A stretch of 64,000 bases of DNA from the NCBI GenBank assembly GCA_964016885.1, contig OZ024743.1:226548001-226612000 (forward strand). Direction: 5' to 3'. The notes beneath the pieces are model-generated. The model was not told the DNA's origin. It did no database searches and saw nothing but the letters and a program-made list of their open reading frames with translations. The first letter of the stretch is position 1, and every line of letters starts with the position of its first letter. Source of the DNA: Eledone cirrhosa (taxonomy: Eukaryota). Of this stretch, positions 37,390 to 51,800 are shown piece after piece. Both the position numbers and the translations under genes were made by a program.

Positions 37390-37802
37390 TTGTTTTATAT
37401 ATATAAACATACATCACAAACATTAATGTGTGTATGCATTCGCTTGTGTTGTTCGTGTGTGTTTATGTTTATGGGCTTCAATACGTATGATGTATAAATG
37501 AAAGTGTTCTGAATTGTAGGATGCTGTACATAGAAATTATTATGCATGACCACATCGGTTGGGGACTGAGTGATGATACACTGGCAGAATATATCCTGGA
37601 AACACAATGGTATAAATATACTAGTGAGGTGGGGCATAAGGAAACAAGTTAGTGGTATGAGGAATGGGAGACATATTTCAGAGTTTCATGACATGAAATG
37701 TTAGAGAAGTTGTGTGGAATGAAATGACGCTATATAAAGATAGCATGAAAAGAAGAGTTAACGGAGGAAGAGAGAGAGTGTGTGTGTGTGTGTGAGAGAG
37801 AG

Positions 37803-37848
<46 letters not shown>

Positions 37849-37851
37849 GGT

Positions 37852-37886
<35 letters not shown>

Positions 37887-38042
37887 GTTAGGGAAAGAGA
37901 GGGAAAGAAAAAAGGTAGAGCGAAAAATGATAGGGAATGATGGGTGGAGAATAAGAGAAAGAAGTGAGTTATATATAAGAACCGAGGCAGTATGGAGTTG
38001 CTTTTGCAAATATAACTATATATATATATATAACGTATATAT

Positions 38043-38120
<78 letters not shown>

Positions 38121-38480
38121 ATACACATATATACGTATTTATCTATATATATAACTATATATAATATATACGACATTTATAAATAGAGCTTAAGACAGAA
38201 AAGTGACCTTTCTATCACATGATGATTGATTGTATCGATGAATACACAAATTATATTCAGTCAGGACTTCTCTTATATCACGTGAGAATCACAAAATAAC
38301 ATTTTTATACGTAACCAATAGAAGCTCTGCTACACCACTCTAAATATTAGAGATATACCAACAGAAACATAAAATACCTTATATTGTGCTGAAATAACTA
38401 CTTAAATCAACTTGAGAAAAATATTAGCGTTAAATTTCATTCATCTCCATCCATCTTACATTGGTCTTATCATATATAAT

Positions 38481-38842
38481 CATGAGTTCAAATCCCGCCG
38501 AGGGTAACTTTGCCTTTCATCCTTACAGGGTCGGTAAAATAAATTACCAGTCATGCACTGGGGTCGATTTAATCGACTTTCCCCTCCCCCAAATTTGCTG
38601 GCCTTGTGCCTATATAAGAAACCATTATATATGAGCATGGGAGATAGATTGGTAGAATCGGTAGTACGGCGGACAACATGCTTCGTGGCATAGAGTTACG
38701 GCCCTTCACGTCGTTAGTTCAACTCTCACTGAGATTAGCTTTGCCTTTCATCCTTAAGGGGTCGATAATTAAAACACCAGTTTTAACTGGATTTCACCGC
38801 CCTTCAAATTGCTGACCTTGTGCCTAAATTAGAAACAATTAC
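38481..38842 (+). mobile_element. Two tandem SINE family A copies
   Basis: Copies at ~38481-38630 (5' truncated) and ~38639-38842. Confidence 0.8.
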
Positions 38843-40002
38843 ATGATATGCTTCTATGAAACAATTACATGATATGCTTCCATGAAACAATTACAAGATA
38901 TAATGCTAGATACACCCTTATATAAAATAAACATAATTGATAAAATATATAATGACCGGATACTGTTGGTCATCATGATTCTCAGTTAAACCTTTCTGAG
39001 GACTAATTTGCTGAATGATCTCTATCCAGTGTGTGTGCATTTATATTCTCCTTCTATCGTGGACTTCCTCTTTCTCTCTCGTTCTCCCCATCACAGGTTA
39101 CTAATGAGTGGTATGCATATTGATGATAGGCGTGTGTGAGTAGATTTCACTCGGAGTTAAAAAAACCAATAACAACGACAGTATATATATTCAAATGAAG
39201 TGTACCTATTATAAACATCATCAGGAGAACACCGGCATCTTTTGTCTCATCAAACTGAGCAAACATTTTAGACCTCTTGAAATATATTTGAAATTAAACA
39301 ATAACAAAATTCATGATAATTCCCTCTTCAATCCAGGATACAACACTTTTATAAAAACATCCATGGCACATACCACATCATCTGAATCCAATAAATAATA
39401 CATGTTATCGCACACAGTAATCTCTTCTCATAAACTATTATGACAACCCTTCTGGTACATAGGGAAATGCATTTCGTGGGTGTGAATTGTGGTGTATTTT
39501 TAATTCAAGTAAGATTTACAACATATTGTCTTCAGAGAGATAGTTTTCGTGATGATATTAACTTGAATATGTTTTTTCATAAATAGCATAATGCTTTGAC
39601 TATCTGTTATTCCATGATGAAGAAGCAGTAACTTGCAGAAAGCATCCATTTATAAACATTAATATAGAGAAATATGAAGATATTAAACAAATGTTAATTC
39701 ATTTCTATAAGCATATAGTTTTGAGATACTTGAAAATGAAAAAAATATTTTTCAATATTTCATATGCTTCCTGCCCTTACACAAACATTTTATCCAATCA
39801 ACACTGTTCTTATACACACACATACATACACATACAATACACATGCGCGCGCATATACGCAAAGACACACAAACACACATACATATGCATATATTTATAA
39901 ATATACATACATTTTATGTATATATATATATTATATACATACATATTTGTATACATATATACGACATATGCACTACATACATACATACACACACACACAC
40001 AC

Positions 40003-40085
<83 letters not shown>

Positions 40086-41170
40086 CCTAAGAGAATATGC
40101 ATAAAGAAAGAAAGAACAAAATAGTTGTGATAGTCTTACATAGAGTTACATGATTCTGTAATAAACATGACACATACCTACATCACATAAACATTTAGAA
40201 TAGAAACATGAAAAAAACCCATTAAAAAATAGAACTAAACAAAAAGATTCCACCAACCAACAAGCTTTGATAAATGCTCGTGTGTATGCACCATCCAATA
40301 ATAGCATGGTTCCCTGCACTTAACTATTTATCATAAATGCTGCAGAGTGCTGCAAATTCTATGATACTGGACACATTTGGCAAACAGATTGCTTAACATA
40401 ATCTTAAAGACAGAAGAATCTCCCAGTTTCAAATTACCTTTTTACACTACCCCCAACTCTCCCTTCTTTATTTTAACATTATCTGTTTAGGGGAGGAGAA
40501 GAAATTGATTTTATGGCCAAAATATGGGAAAGAGACTTACAGCAGATTAGATTTATGTTTAGTCAATAATTACATAAGGGGGAAGGGGAGGTAGGGAGCA
40601 ATAAACGCTCTCTGCACACGTATCCTTCTCTTCTTCCCATTCTTCTACCCCTACCTCTCCCAGTCTCTGCTTATATGGACGAGTGTTAGCTAGATCAGTA
40701 CACTCCTGTGAAGGGCTGGCCTGTTGTGGATGGACGGATATATGGCTGGAAGCGATTTTGATTTAAAGATGGAGAAATTTATGATTGTCTATGTGTATGG
40801 TTATATATATATATATATATATATATTAATATACGCGCGCACACTCACTCTCTCTCACTCACACACACACACATATAACATATATATGTATATACATACA
40901 TATATATATACACACATATATATACTTATGCATATATTTATATAGATACATATATGTACATATATATTTATATATATATACACATGTATACACACGCTCA
41001 TAAACATTCATTTATGGAATTATTGATGGATAACTAGATTGATGTAAGGGATGGATTGATGGCTAACGGGAAAATGGACTGATTGATTGTAATATATATA
41101 TATACATACATGCACACACATTTATATATACATACTTATACGTAAATACCTGCATATGATACAATGCATA

Positions 41171-41211
<41 letters not shown>

Positions 41212-41212
41212 A

Positions 41213-41255
<43 letters not shown>

Positions 41256-44200
41256 CCATGAATGCCTTGTATTAGTGTTTGTTTTGGAAGATTTTATATG
41301 TGAAAACGTGTTTTGAAACAGATATTTTTATACTTCGAGCTGGTCATGCATGATCCTCCCAGATTATATATATTAAGAAAAGTGCTAGCAGCCAACGAGT
41401 ATGATCGCGTTATATATGTATAAATACAGATTATGTAACAGAGACTGCAACAACCTATATAGTAGGCATGCCAGTAAATCCGAATTTCCTTGTAAATTGA
41501 AAAAAAATGATAAATATCTCTAATAGAATTTTGGATCTAATTGAATTCTCATCAAAAGACGTGTATATCGTCCAATCATCCACAAGGAAACATATATTCG
41601 ATGTGTATATATATTCACTTTGCGTACTATTCTGATTAGGGTCAAAGTAGACAAAAAAAAAAATCGATTAAAGATATTTATCATTTTTTAAATTTAGTGG
41701 GATCTTCGTAATTTCTAGCATATGTCATCATATTCGATATGTGTATATATTTATACACTTTGTTGCAGTCTGCGTTGAAAACCCTGTATTTACAGAGATA
41801 TAACTTTCTCATATACATATATATAGTGAATGTTTAAGTTATAAACTGTTTTACATGACATTTCTACAGAAACTGCCACTAAAACTATGGCCAATTCCAT
41901 CAACATCACCAATAACCACATTACTTCACCTGCATTTCCCATACGATTGATGCTACTTTCAACAACTTCAGGTCAAAAACTTTAGCTCATATCTCCAATC
42001 ATTACTGACATCTACATTATCAAACTAACGCATGCATTCTTCCACTGTCTTCAAAAGCAGAACCACCACCACCACCACCACTTACTTTAACAGCTAGAAC
42101 TACAACAAACACCATTACATACCCAATAACTACAACCATCACCACAACTATCCGCCTTTGCCCAAATACAAACAAAACCACAAACACCATCACGTCTACA
42201 ACACAACCCACAACACCATTACTACAAACACAACAGAACCACTATAAACCACAACACCACCAGTATAACCTCAATACAATCACTATAACACACATCACCT
42301 CCACTACATCCACATAATACTCTTTTCATCCCCTCCCATCCTGTTCTTTTCAGTTTCTTAACCGTCTTTGAAAGTAATCAGTCTCATAATTACTTTTCTC
42401 CAAGGATATGTTTGCTTCATAGAATTAGTCTGTGTTTCGTTAATATTTTATAGAACCAAGTAGACTTAATCTATAGCCCCCTACCCATTCCTCTTAAAAT
42501 AATTTTCTCTCCACACTTCCTTTCTATAATCAAATAATCAACCGAGTAACCAATCAGCCATCTAAGCAAAACTAATTCTGACCTTTGACACCTGTTGCGA
42601 TTTAAACACATTTATAAACCTTGTCTCAAATAGGAAATTTTGTTGCACTGGGTGGTGTTGCTGTTGTTGTTGAAGTAATTTCGCCCAAGATTTGTGTTGA
42701 TCGAATAAACCCATTATCAAAGGCATTCCATGCGTGGTTTTTCTGATATTTTCTTATTTATGCCCGTTGTTTACAGATAGGGTTCCCTTCGGCTGCATTA
42801 ACATAAATTGTTCCAAAAGACTTGCAGCTCACGCTGCAGAAGTTCTCTCCTTCCTTTGCTTGCCTCTCATGATCTAATCATCCCTAGAGAGATTTTCGGT
42901 CTTGAAATTCCGTGAATGATTTCAGTTTATTGAAGTTTTCGCCATATTTAGACTTGGAGATTATTTAAATGTACATACCTTAACAATTTTGTGAAAGCAA
43001 ATAATATTTGATAATTGCAGAGGCTATATTAAATCGGCTTTAACTAGTTTTTACAGGCCTGTGGGAAGGATGCACACGGAGGGAATTTTAAGTTGAAAAT
43101 CCATCTTTTGTACATAATTTTGGCCCTGTAAAATTTACTTAAAAGTAAAACTTACTACACGTGTCTATTTCATGCAATCGTCTTTTTAGAAATATATACA
43201 CTTTTTTATATTAGAGAAATTATGTAAGAACATATACTAAAACATAAAAAAAACATAGATATTGCTCCGTGAACTGATTTTACCAAAGCATTCCAAACAC
43301 ATTTGTTCAGAAGAATAGAAATTAATAGAAAGCTGTGTAGACTAACTGAATTGAAATCAATATATGCTAATAAATATACATTTTATGTGCAATAATTTCA
43401 TGAAAGATTTTGCTTATTCAAAAATCTCTAGCTAAAATGTCTGTAACCGGGAACCTTCTTCTTCTTCTTCTTCTTCTTGGTGGCTAGTTGCGACATAAAC
43501 GTGTAACTGCCGACGAATAATCAACCCCGAACTAACGACGGTAAACTACTAGGGTAGCTGGAGAAATTGGTGGCACCTGTAGCTCCCAACAACACTCAGA
43601 ATGCAGTAACGTAGCAGTGAACAAAATATTTAAAATCAAATTAAAGAAAGTTATATACATCCAAGGCCTAGAAAACGTAGACATGTTGTATATTCGAATC
43701 TCTTTCTTCGTGCGTAAAACATTTAAACTACGTCATGTGTGTGAAGAAACGGACTTTTAATTCATGCAACCCCATAGATCTTTGACTTAAGTCTGAAGTA
43801 ATTATAAGCGCGCTGTGGCTATATAGAGCGTTTTAGACCTAGTGCAGCTCATCTCTCTCCAGTTATATACACATCTGATTTCTTCAAGAAAAAGAAAGAG
43901 GTGAGGGTGACAATATGATATATATATATATGATATATATGAAATAAAAGATATATCGAATCCCACCGCATATTAGTTTGGTGTCTTATTTATCGACCTC
44001 GAACTCCCAATCAACATAATCAATAACACACAAAAAACAATTAAACCAGGCTATAAGATTAAAAGCACTTATGAAGAAACAATAGATAAATAAACGACGA
44101 CCATCTATTCGCGATCAAGAGCTATAGAATATTTACCCAGCATTTCAATAGCACGTGGAAATCGATTAAATATATCGTCAACCATATATATAAATATATC

Positions 44201-44510
44201 GGCAATCATATATATATATATATATAGTTATGTAATAAAGAACATAAGATAATTATTTCATTTACCAGTGGTTTTTTGAAAGCAAGCAACATTTGCTTTC
44301 AGTCATCAGAATGAAAAAATCGTGGTGTATTTATTGACGGTGGATTTTAAAAACAAAAATATAATCTATATGAAAGAGAGGCTGGAAAAGGAAGAAGGAA
44401 AGGAAAAAGAATAAATATAAAAGTAGTTAAACACACACACATATACATACACAAACACACACAGACATATATATATATATATATACATACACACATATAT
44501 ACACTTACAT

Positions 44511-44552
<42 letters not shown>

Positions 44553-44612
44553 CCATACATACACATACACATAAATACACAAACACATATATACATATAT
44601 ATATATATATAC

Positions 44613-44655
<43 letters not shown>

Positions 44656-45135
44656 TACACATATATATACACACACGTACCTACACACACACATACATAC
44701 ACACATATATACACGCATACATACGCACACACATACACAGATATATATACACACACCTATATACGCACATACACAATTAATTATAATATAAAATAAAAAA
44801 CAATGAACAAACATATAATGCAATAGACCGTCACATAAAAATAAAAAAAATATGCGACTTAAGAAAATAAAAAAATATTATATATATATAAAAATAGAAA
44901 GGTGGAAGGGGTAAACAAATAGTTGGGAATACGTCAAATAATAAATAAATAAATAAAGGTATAATAGCTGATTTAGAGCACTCAACTGTTTCCTGGAGCA
45001 AATAATCAATGAAAATAAAAATTAAATCACTCTGTATGTAATTATGCATATACATACACATATATACATACACACACACAACCATACAAATATATATATA
45101 TACATATATATATACATATATACATATATATATAT

Positions 45136-45186
45136 AGGAAAAAGTATGACCCCGACGGCAGAGCTCAACCCGTTTCTACGGCTATT
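45136..45186 (-). mobile_element. Single-arm fragment of fold-back family F1
   Basis: TAGGAAAAAGTATGACCCCGACGGCAGAGCTCAACCCGTTTCTACGGCTA is homologous to the F1 arm and lies within (TA)n. Confidence 0.7.
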
Positions 45187-45266
45187 ATATATATATATAT
45201 ATAAATACATATATATATATATAAATATATATATACACACACACATATAAACACATACACACACAA

Positions 45267-45317
<51 letters not shown>

Positions 45318-45639
45318 CATATACATACGTATATATATAATTATATACACATATATACATACATATATATATATACACATATACACATATACACAACACA
45401 TACATACACACAGAAATAAATATTTATAAATAAAAAAGGTGAGTATGTAAAGGTTAAGTTAGAAAGTAGGGGGGAAATAAGGAAAATAAATAGCATAGGA
45501 AAAAAGTTTAAATATAAGGGGAGATAAGGGAGAAAAAGAATATAAGGGTACAGAAAGTGAGTTCAGAGAGTAATAAAAATCGTTGTGGATGTAAAGCGTA
45601 AAGATCAGAGAAGAAGTTCTAGGTGGTTGAGTCATCGTA

Positions 45640-46198
45640 GAATGTCAATCCAGTTACAGAGCAGATGTGATTTCGATCTTGATCTTGGAGTTCAGGTAAG
45701 TTGAAGTGGCTTTAAAGTTTTGTAGAATTCTAAATTTTTCAGTGGTACAAAAAGAACAATTCTTTGTGCCCCTTTGGTACTCCCTCGAATGGTCTAAAAT
45801 AGATCAATCGATAGAGTACGGTATGTTTTTATCTTTGAATTCCCACACCTCATTTGCGAGACCGTTGCTGTTCTTTTATCAGAGTGTTTAAAAGAAGCGA
45901 CATGTGCATAAAACCTGGTTTTGAACCTGTCCTCAGTCATGCCAACATATGGTTCACTCCTGGCTGGCTGGTTGTTAATCAAAGGTGTCACTTTGGCCTC
46001 ATATAAACGGATTTGGTATTACATTTGCCCTGTAATGAGCATTCATCCAGCTTCCTGCAACTGCATCCTGGATTTATTCTCTTACGATTAGAATTAGTGA
46101 TTTTAGACTTCATTGATGGGCAGCAAGAGTAAGTGATTTTAACTACATTTCTATTAAATATCTTATAATATCTATGATTAGGGGGAAAATGTAACTAA
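45640..46198 (-). pseudogene. Second PLE family: GIY-YIG endonuclease fragment (possibly Naiad-like)
   Basis: The minus strand gives ITYSCCPSMK..CSCRKLDECSLQGKC..YVGMTEDRFKTRFYAH..SF..CSFCTTEK..LNSK. The clade assignment is from memory of motif patterns. Confidence 0.75.
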
Positions 46199-46276
46199 TA
46201 AGCGCTGTAATAAGCTCTAATAAGTTCTACTAAGCTCTAATAAGCTCTGTAATAAGCTCTGTAATAAGCTCTGTAA
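46197..46276. repeat. Short tandem repeat (TAATAAGCTCTG-like, ~7 units) at the PLE 5' junction
   Basis: Directly visible 10-12-nt units immediately adjoining the truncated PLE fragment. Confidence 0.85.
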
Positions 46277-46340
46277 CCTACAGAGAGCACTCTTTTTTCC
46301 TGGACCTTTCCGACGGAATTACTTCACACACACACACGCA

Positions 46341-46466
<126 letters not shown>

Positions 46467-46497
46467 TATATAAGTATATATATATATATATATATAC

Positions 46498-46528
<31 letters not shown>

Positions 46529-46559
46529 AGTATATATATATATATACATAAATATATAC

Positions 46560-46640
<81 letters not shown>

Positions 46641-46659
46641 GTATATATATATGTGTGTG

Positions 46660-47158
<499 letters not shown>

Positions 47159-47250
47159 TATATAATATAATTTATACTTACATTACGTTCAACTGAATAT
47201 GTTTTCCTGTGTAAAACTGTTATTAACAAATCAATTTCAGAAGAGAAAAA

Positions 47251-47289
<39 letters not shown>

Positions 47290-47301
47290 CATACGTACAT
47301 A

Positions 47302-47366
<65 letters not shown>

Positions 47367-47378
47367 CATACGTACATA

Positions 47379-47435
<57 letters not shown>

Positions 47436-48046
47436 CTTTTGTGTGTGTGTGTATAGACATATACATATATATGTTTTTACTTTATATTCATATCGATTTT
47501 TATTTAATATTATTATTGTTTTTCAATTAATTGAAAACAAAAACAAAAAAAAACAAACTAAACTGTCTTCGTATAATTTTATTGCAAAATCGTAGAAAAT
47601 ATCACATTACGTTAGTGATGTGTGAAAAATGAATATAAATTTCCTTTCGCCACGGTCGACCAGAGATAGCTTAGTATATGAGATGTGTTATTGTACAGAG
47701 AGAAAGAATACAGTTCAAGACATATGTGTGTAACCCTATTTATAACAATATCACCACCATCATCATCGGCAGTAGTAGTATCAGCTATCTTTCCATTTCT
47801 ATGCTATGTTATATCAGACTGAACAACTCAACTCTTATCCATGAGAGAAATAATGCAAATATTTTACGTACAAACACAACATATATATTGTGAAATTTAT
47901 ATATATACATATACATATTTATATATATATACGTACATATATATATATATATGTACATATCTATATATATATATATATACACATATATATGTACATATAT
48001 ATGTATACATATATAATATATATATATATTATATATATTTATATAT

Positions 48047-48077
<31 letters not shown>

Positions 48078-48106
48078 ATGTACATATATGTATATATATA
48101 CGTATG

Positions 48107-48182
<76 letters not shown>

Positions 48183-48744
48183 CATATATATGGTATACTG
48201 TTGGAATACTGTTGGCTTTTTGCTACAATGTTTTCTATACCTTTCATTTCTATATAAATATATATATATATATATATATACATATATGCATATATGTATA
48301 CATATATATCCACACAGAGAGTGGGAGAGAGAGAGACCGACTGACAGACAAACAGAGAGACAGAGAAAGGGAGAGAAAGAGACAGAGTTTTTGATATATA
48401 GTCTAATGGATGAATAGACAAATATATATCCATATGTATGTATGTATTAAGTGAAAATGAGATATATTACTTGTTCCACTCATTGAGTTGGTGGGCATGG
48501 TGCTGTATCACTCTCAAGGGCTTTTGGTATATTTCAACGACCCCAAAACGTATCTCGGTCTAGTACCTTTTTCATTAATCTCTATATGTCGAATCGCTAG
48601 TTTTTGGTCATGAAAGTATTTATAGCTACCTTCCATAATCTAGAAATAAAGATCACTGTAGACAATGACCTCTCTCTTTCTCTTTCTTTCCTTCTGTCTC
48701 TGTCACTCTATTTCTCCCCCCCCCCGCCCCGTCTCTCTCCCTCC

Positions 48745-48782
<38 letters not shown>

Positions 48783-48792
48783 ATATATATAT

Positions 48793-48873
<81 letters not shown>

Positions 48874-48874
48874 C

Positions 48875-48970
<96 letters not shown>

Positions 48971-49038
48971 AAAAGAGATGAAATCGAAAATGCAACTGGA
49001 GTCTTAGTTTTTTTTTAAATATATATATTTATTTGGTT

Positions 49039-49076
49039 CCTTTACCGGTTTCGCAGTTCTTCTGCTTTTCAAAAGG
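49039..49076 (-). ncRNA. Minimal hammerhead ribozyme (inverted copy)
   Basis: Reverse complement of 49149-49186. Confidence 0.7.
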
Positions 49077-49148
49077 TGAGTTGAGATGGAGGGTCTGTGG
49101 TTTTTCTCACAGATGTGAGAAAAACCACAGACCCTCCATCTCAACTCA

Positions 49149-49186
49149 CCTTTTGAAAAGCAGAAGAACTGCGAAACCGGTAAAGG
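49149..49186 (+). ncRNA. Minimal type I hammerhead ribozyme (U3-A8 variant)
   Basis: CCTT-TTGAAAA-GCAG-AAGAA-CTGC-GAAA-CCGG-TA^AAGG. Confidence 0.75.
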
Positions 49187-49941
49187 AACCAAATAAATAT
49201 ATATATTTAAAAAAAAACTAAGACTCCAGTTGCATTTTCGATTTCATCTCTTTTTCTTTATACTTTCACTCGTGTAGGACACCTCGGTTATTTTTCATTT
49301 TGTAAAAAAAACCTCACTTTCTAATATATATATACATATATACATATGTGAGTGGGGCGGGGTGTAGAGGTTGTTTGAGTGTATATCATAATTTTTAAGC
49401 ATTGCTAACATTAGTTATTGTCTCCGAACGATTCAATCCATGTTTTAAAGTAACCCTGACGATGTGTGTGGCAAGGTACCCTCTAAAAATATACAGGGAA
49501 CTTTACCCCTAAACTACTGGCTTGACGTTGGTTTACTTCCCGCTACGTTGATATAAATCAATGAAGGACCTTCATCACTTTAGACGATAAGTGGCTCCAA
49601 CAGATTAGCCTACTCGTGATATTAACGAACACTTCACAGATGATTCCACAGACACATGTATCCTGAACGTAATTCTTAAGGTGTTTTGGTGTAACATAAT
49701 TTGCGACGAAGTTGCATTTCTGAGTTCAGACTCCATCCCCGCAATCTCACTCGGTTAACCGGACACCGTTGTAAATGACACTTTCCCAAGATGACACGGG
49801 GTAGGATTGAACTTTAAATTGTGAAGAAAAATTCTGATACAATCGGTGATACTACGTCCAAACACAGACACACATGGAATCACGAAGCAGGATCCACATC
49901 AGGTTTTGCACATCAATGAGACAGGACAAATATTTCAAAAG

Positions 49942-50142
49942 AATTTTCTACATTTGGCACAAGGCCAGCAATTCGAAGGTAAAGGGAAATTCGATTAAAT
50001 CGACACCATTGCGTTACTGGTACTTTATTTTATCAATCCGGTCAAGATGAAAGGCAAATCTAACTTCTGCGGAATTTGAAGTCAGAACGTAAAGAGCCGT
50101 AACTTTATGCCACGAAGCATGGTGTCGAGCACTCTGTCAATA

Positions 50143-50143
<1 letters not shown>
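49942..50143 (-). mobile_element. SINE family A copy
   Basis: Reverse complement of the family A tail, central domain and B box. Confidence 0.8.
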
Positions 50144-50175
<32 letters not shown>

Positions 50176-50179
<4 letters not shown>

Positions 50180-50380
50180 AACGAGTAGGACCCCGACGGC
50201 TGAGCCCAAGCCGTTTCGACGGCTAATTCTGGACTAAAATTTTAGTCCAGAATTAGCCGTCGAAACAGCTTGAGCTCAGCCGTCGGGGTCCTACTCGTTC
50301 CTATTACCCACTCTACTACCCTACGTATTGAGTACTTTGGTTCGTTATGGTCCACCTGGTTCCTTACCACATTTCCTTCG

Positions 50381-50382
<2 letters not shown>
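50176..50382 (+). mobile_element. Fold-back mini-element, family F1
   Basis: A 128-bp palindrome 50176-50303 (axis in CTAAAATTTTAG) plus a 79-bp tail. Near-identical to 3568-3827. (TA)n on both sides. Confidence 0.9.
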
Positions 50383-50418
<36 letters not shown>

Positions 50419-50452
50419 GTGAGTGAGTGTGTGCGTGCGTGTGTTTGTACGC

Positions 50453-50487
<35 letters not shown>

Positions 50488-50787
50488 ATTTCTTTCACCG
50501 TTGATATAAACATTTAACAACAAAAGTGAAAAATCAATGCCCTATGAAGGAAGTCCCTTGAAACGTGTTAGTTGTCATATAACGTGTTAGTACGTATCAT
50601 CTTGTCATTGTCGCTGTTAGAAGAAATGGGAATCAATGATCGGACAATTGGAATCTAATGACTAACGAAACTCTTCTCGATTTGATATATTAATTAATAT
50701 TAATACATATATGTAAATATATATATATATATGTATATATATCTAAAAACAGTCACGCATACACACACACGCACACACACACCCACG

Positions 50788-50844
<57 letters not shown>

Positions 50845-51600
50845 TTATACATGTATAATATATCAATATATATCCATATATATATATATATATACATAAA
50901 TACACACACATGTGGTATATATGAGTCTGTGCGTATGTGTGTTTGTGCGTGTGTGTGTGTTTGTGCGTGTGTGTGTGCGCGCGCGTGTGTGTGTATTCGT
51001 TCGTCCGTGTGGGAGTGCGTGTATGCTGTTTGTGTTTATGCAATGGTTATATAAATGTATACATGTGTATTTACTCTGTCTTGCTTAGTCAGCTTTTCCC
51101 AAAGATGCTGACTCACTACAATATATCCTTTTTAGTAATTATTTGGATCTTTGTCAGTTTTTGATGTAAGATTCAAAATATTTCTATTAGACATTGACAG
51201 TTGTTCCTTGTAAAGCTAATAGCACTATTGTATTAGATTGTTTTCAACGTCCAGTGTACATCATACTATGACTTAACTACAGCCAGAGAAATGACCACTA
51301 TGAGATCGCTCGTCCTTTCAAAAATTTACACACACGCTTCACTCAGATAAAGGGGATTCAAAGAACATTACGACGCATGTAAAATCCAAACAAAAGAGAG
51401 CATAGCGATCTCCATTCCCTCCTCTGATAAAGAATATAACATCCTAGTTACTAGAAAATATTCTAATATTGATACTATAGATAGATACATAGTTAGTGTT
51501 AGCTAGAATGTTCTATCGAACAGATAAAAGAATGAGAGCGCTCTATGCGAAAAACAGTCCTAAAATGTTATGATTATTACTAATATACATATATTCTTGT

Positions 51601-51800
51601 AGGGTGATGGATTGGTAGTATTGATAGATCGTTGGACAACATGCTTCGTTCTGAGTTCAAATCCCGCCGAGGTTAACGTTGTCTTTCATCCCTACAGAAT
51701 CGATAAAATAAAGTACCAGTAATCAACTGGGGTCGATTGAGTCGACCCCCCCCCCCCACACTTCACATGCTGACCTTGTGCCTAATGTATAAACAATTAT
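51601..51800 (+). mobile_element. SINE family A copy
   Basis: GAGTTCAAATCCCGCCGAGG..GATAAAATAAAGTACCAG..CCTTGTGCCTAA..AAACAATTAT. Confidence 0.8.

Larger units (their letters stand above)
48967..49323 (+). mobile_element. Near-perfect 290-bp palindrome (PLE pLTR fold-back) with 66-bp tail
   Basis: Arms 48967-49111 / 49114-49257 with a 2-nt loop. Each arm has an HHR followed by AATAAA. Flanked by (TA)n. Confidence 0.9.

Noticed and set aside
49004-49221. Two mirror-image 62-aa ORFs
   Set aside because: A by-product of the palindrome, with no coding signature.
50540-50575. CCTATGA-AGGAAGTCCCTT-GAAA-CGTG-TT hammerhead-like motif
   Set aside because: The core lacks G5 and stem I is unconvincing. 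At best a dead remnant.
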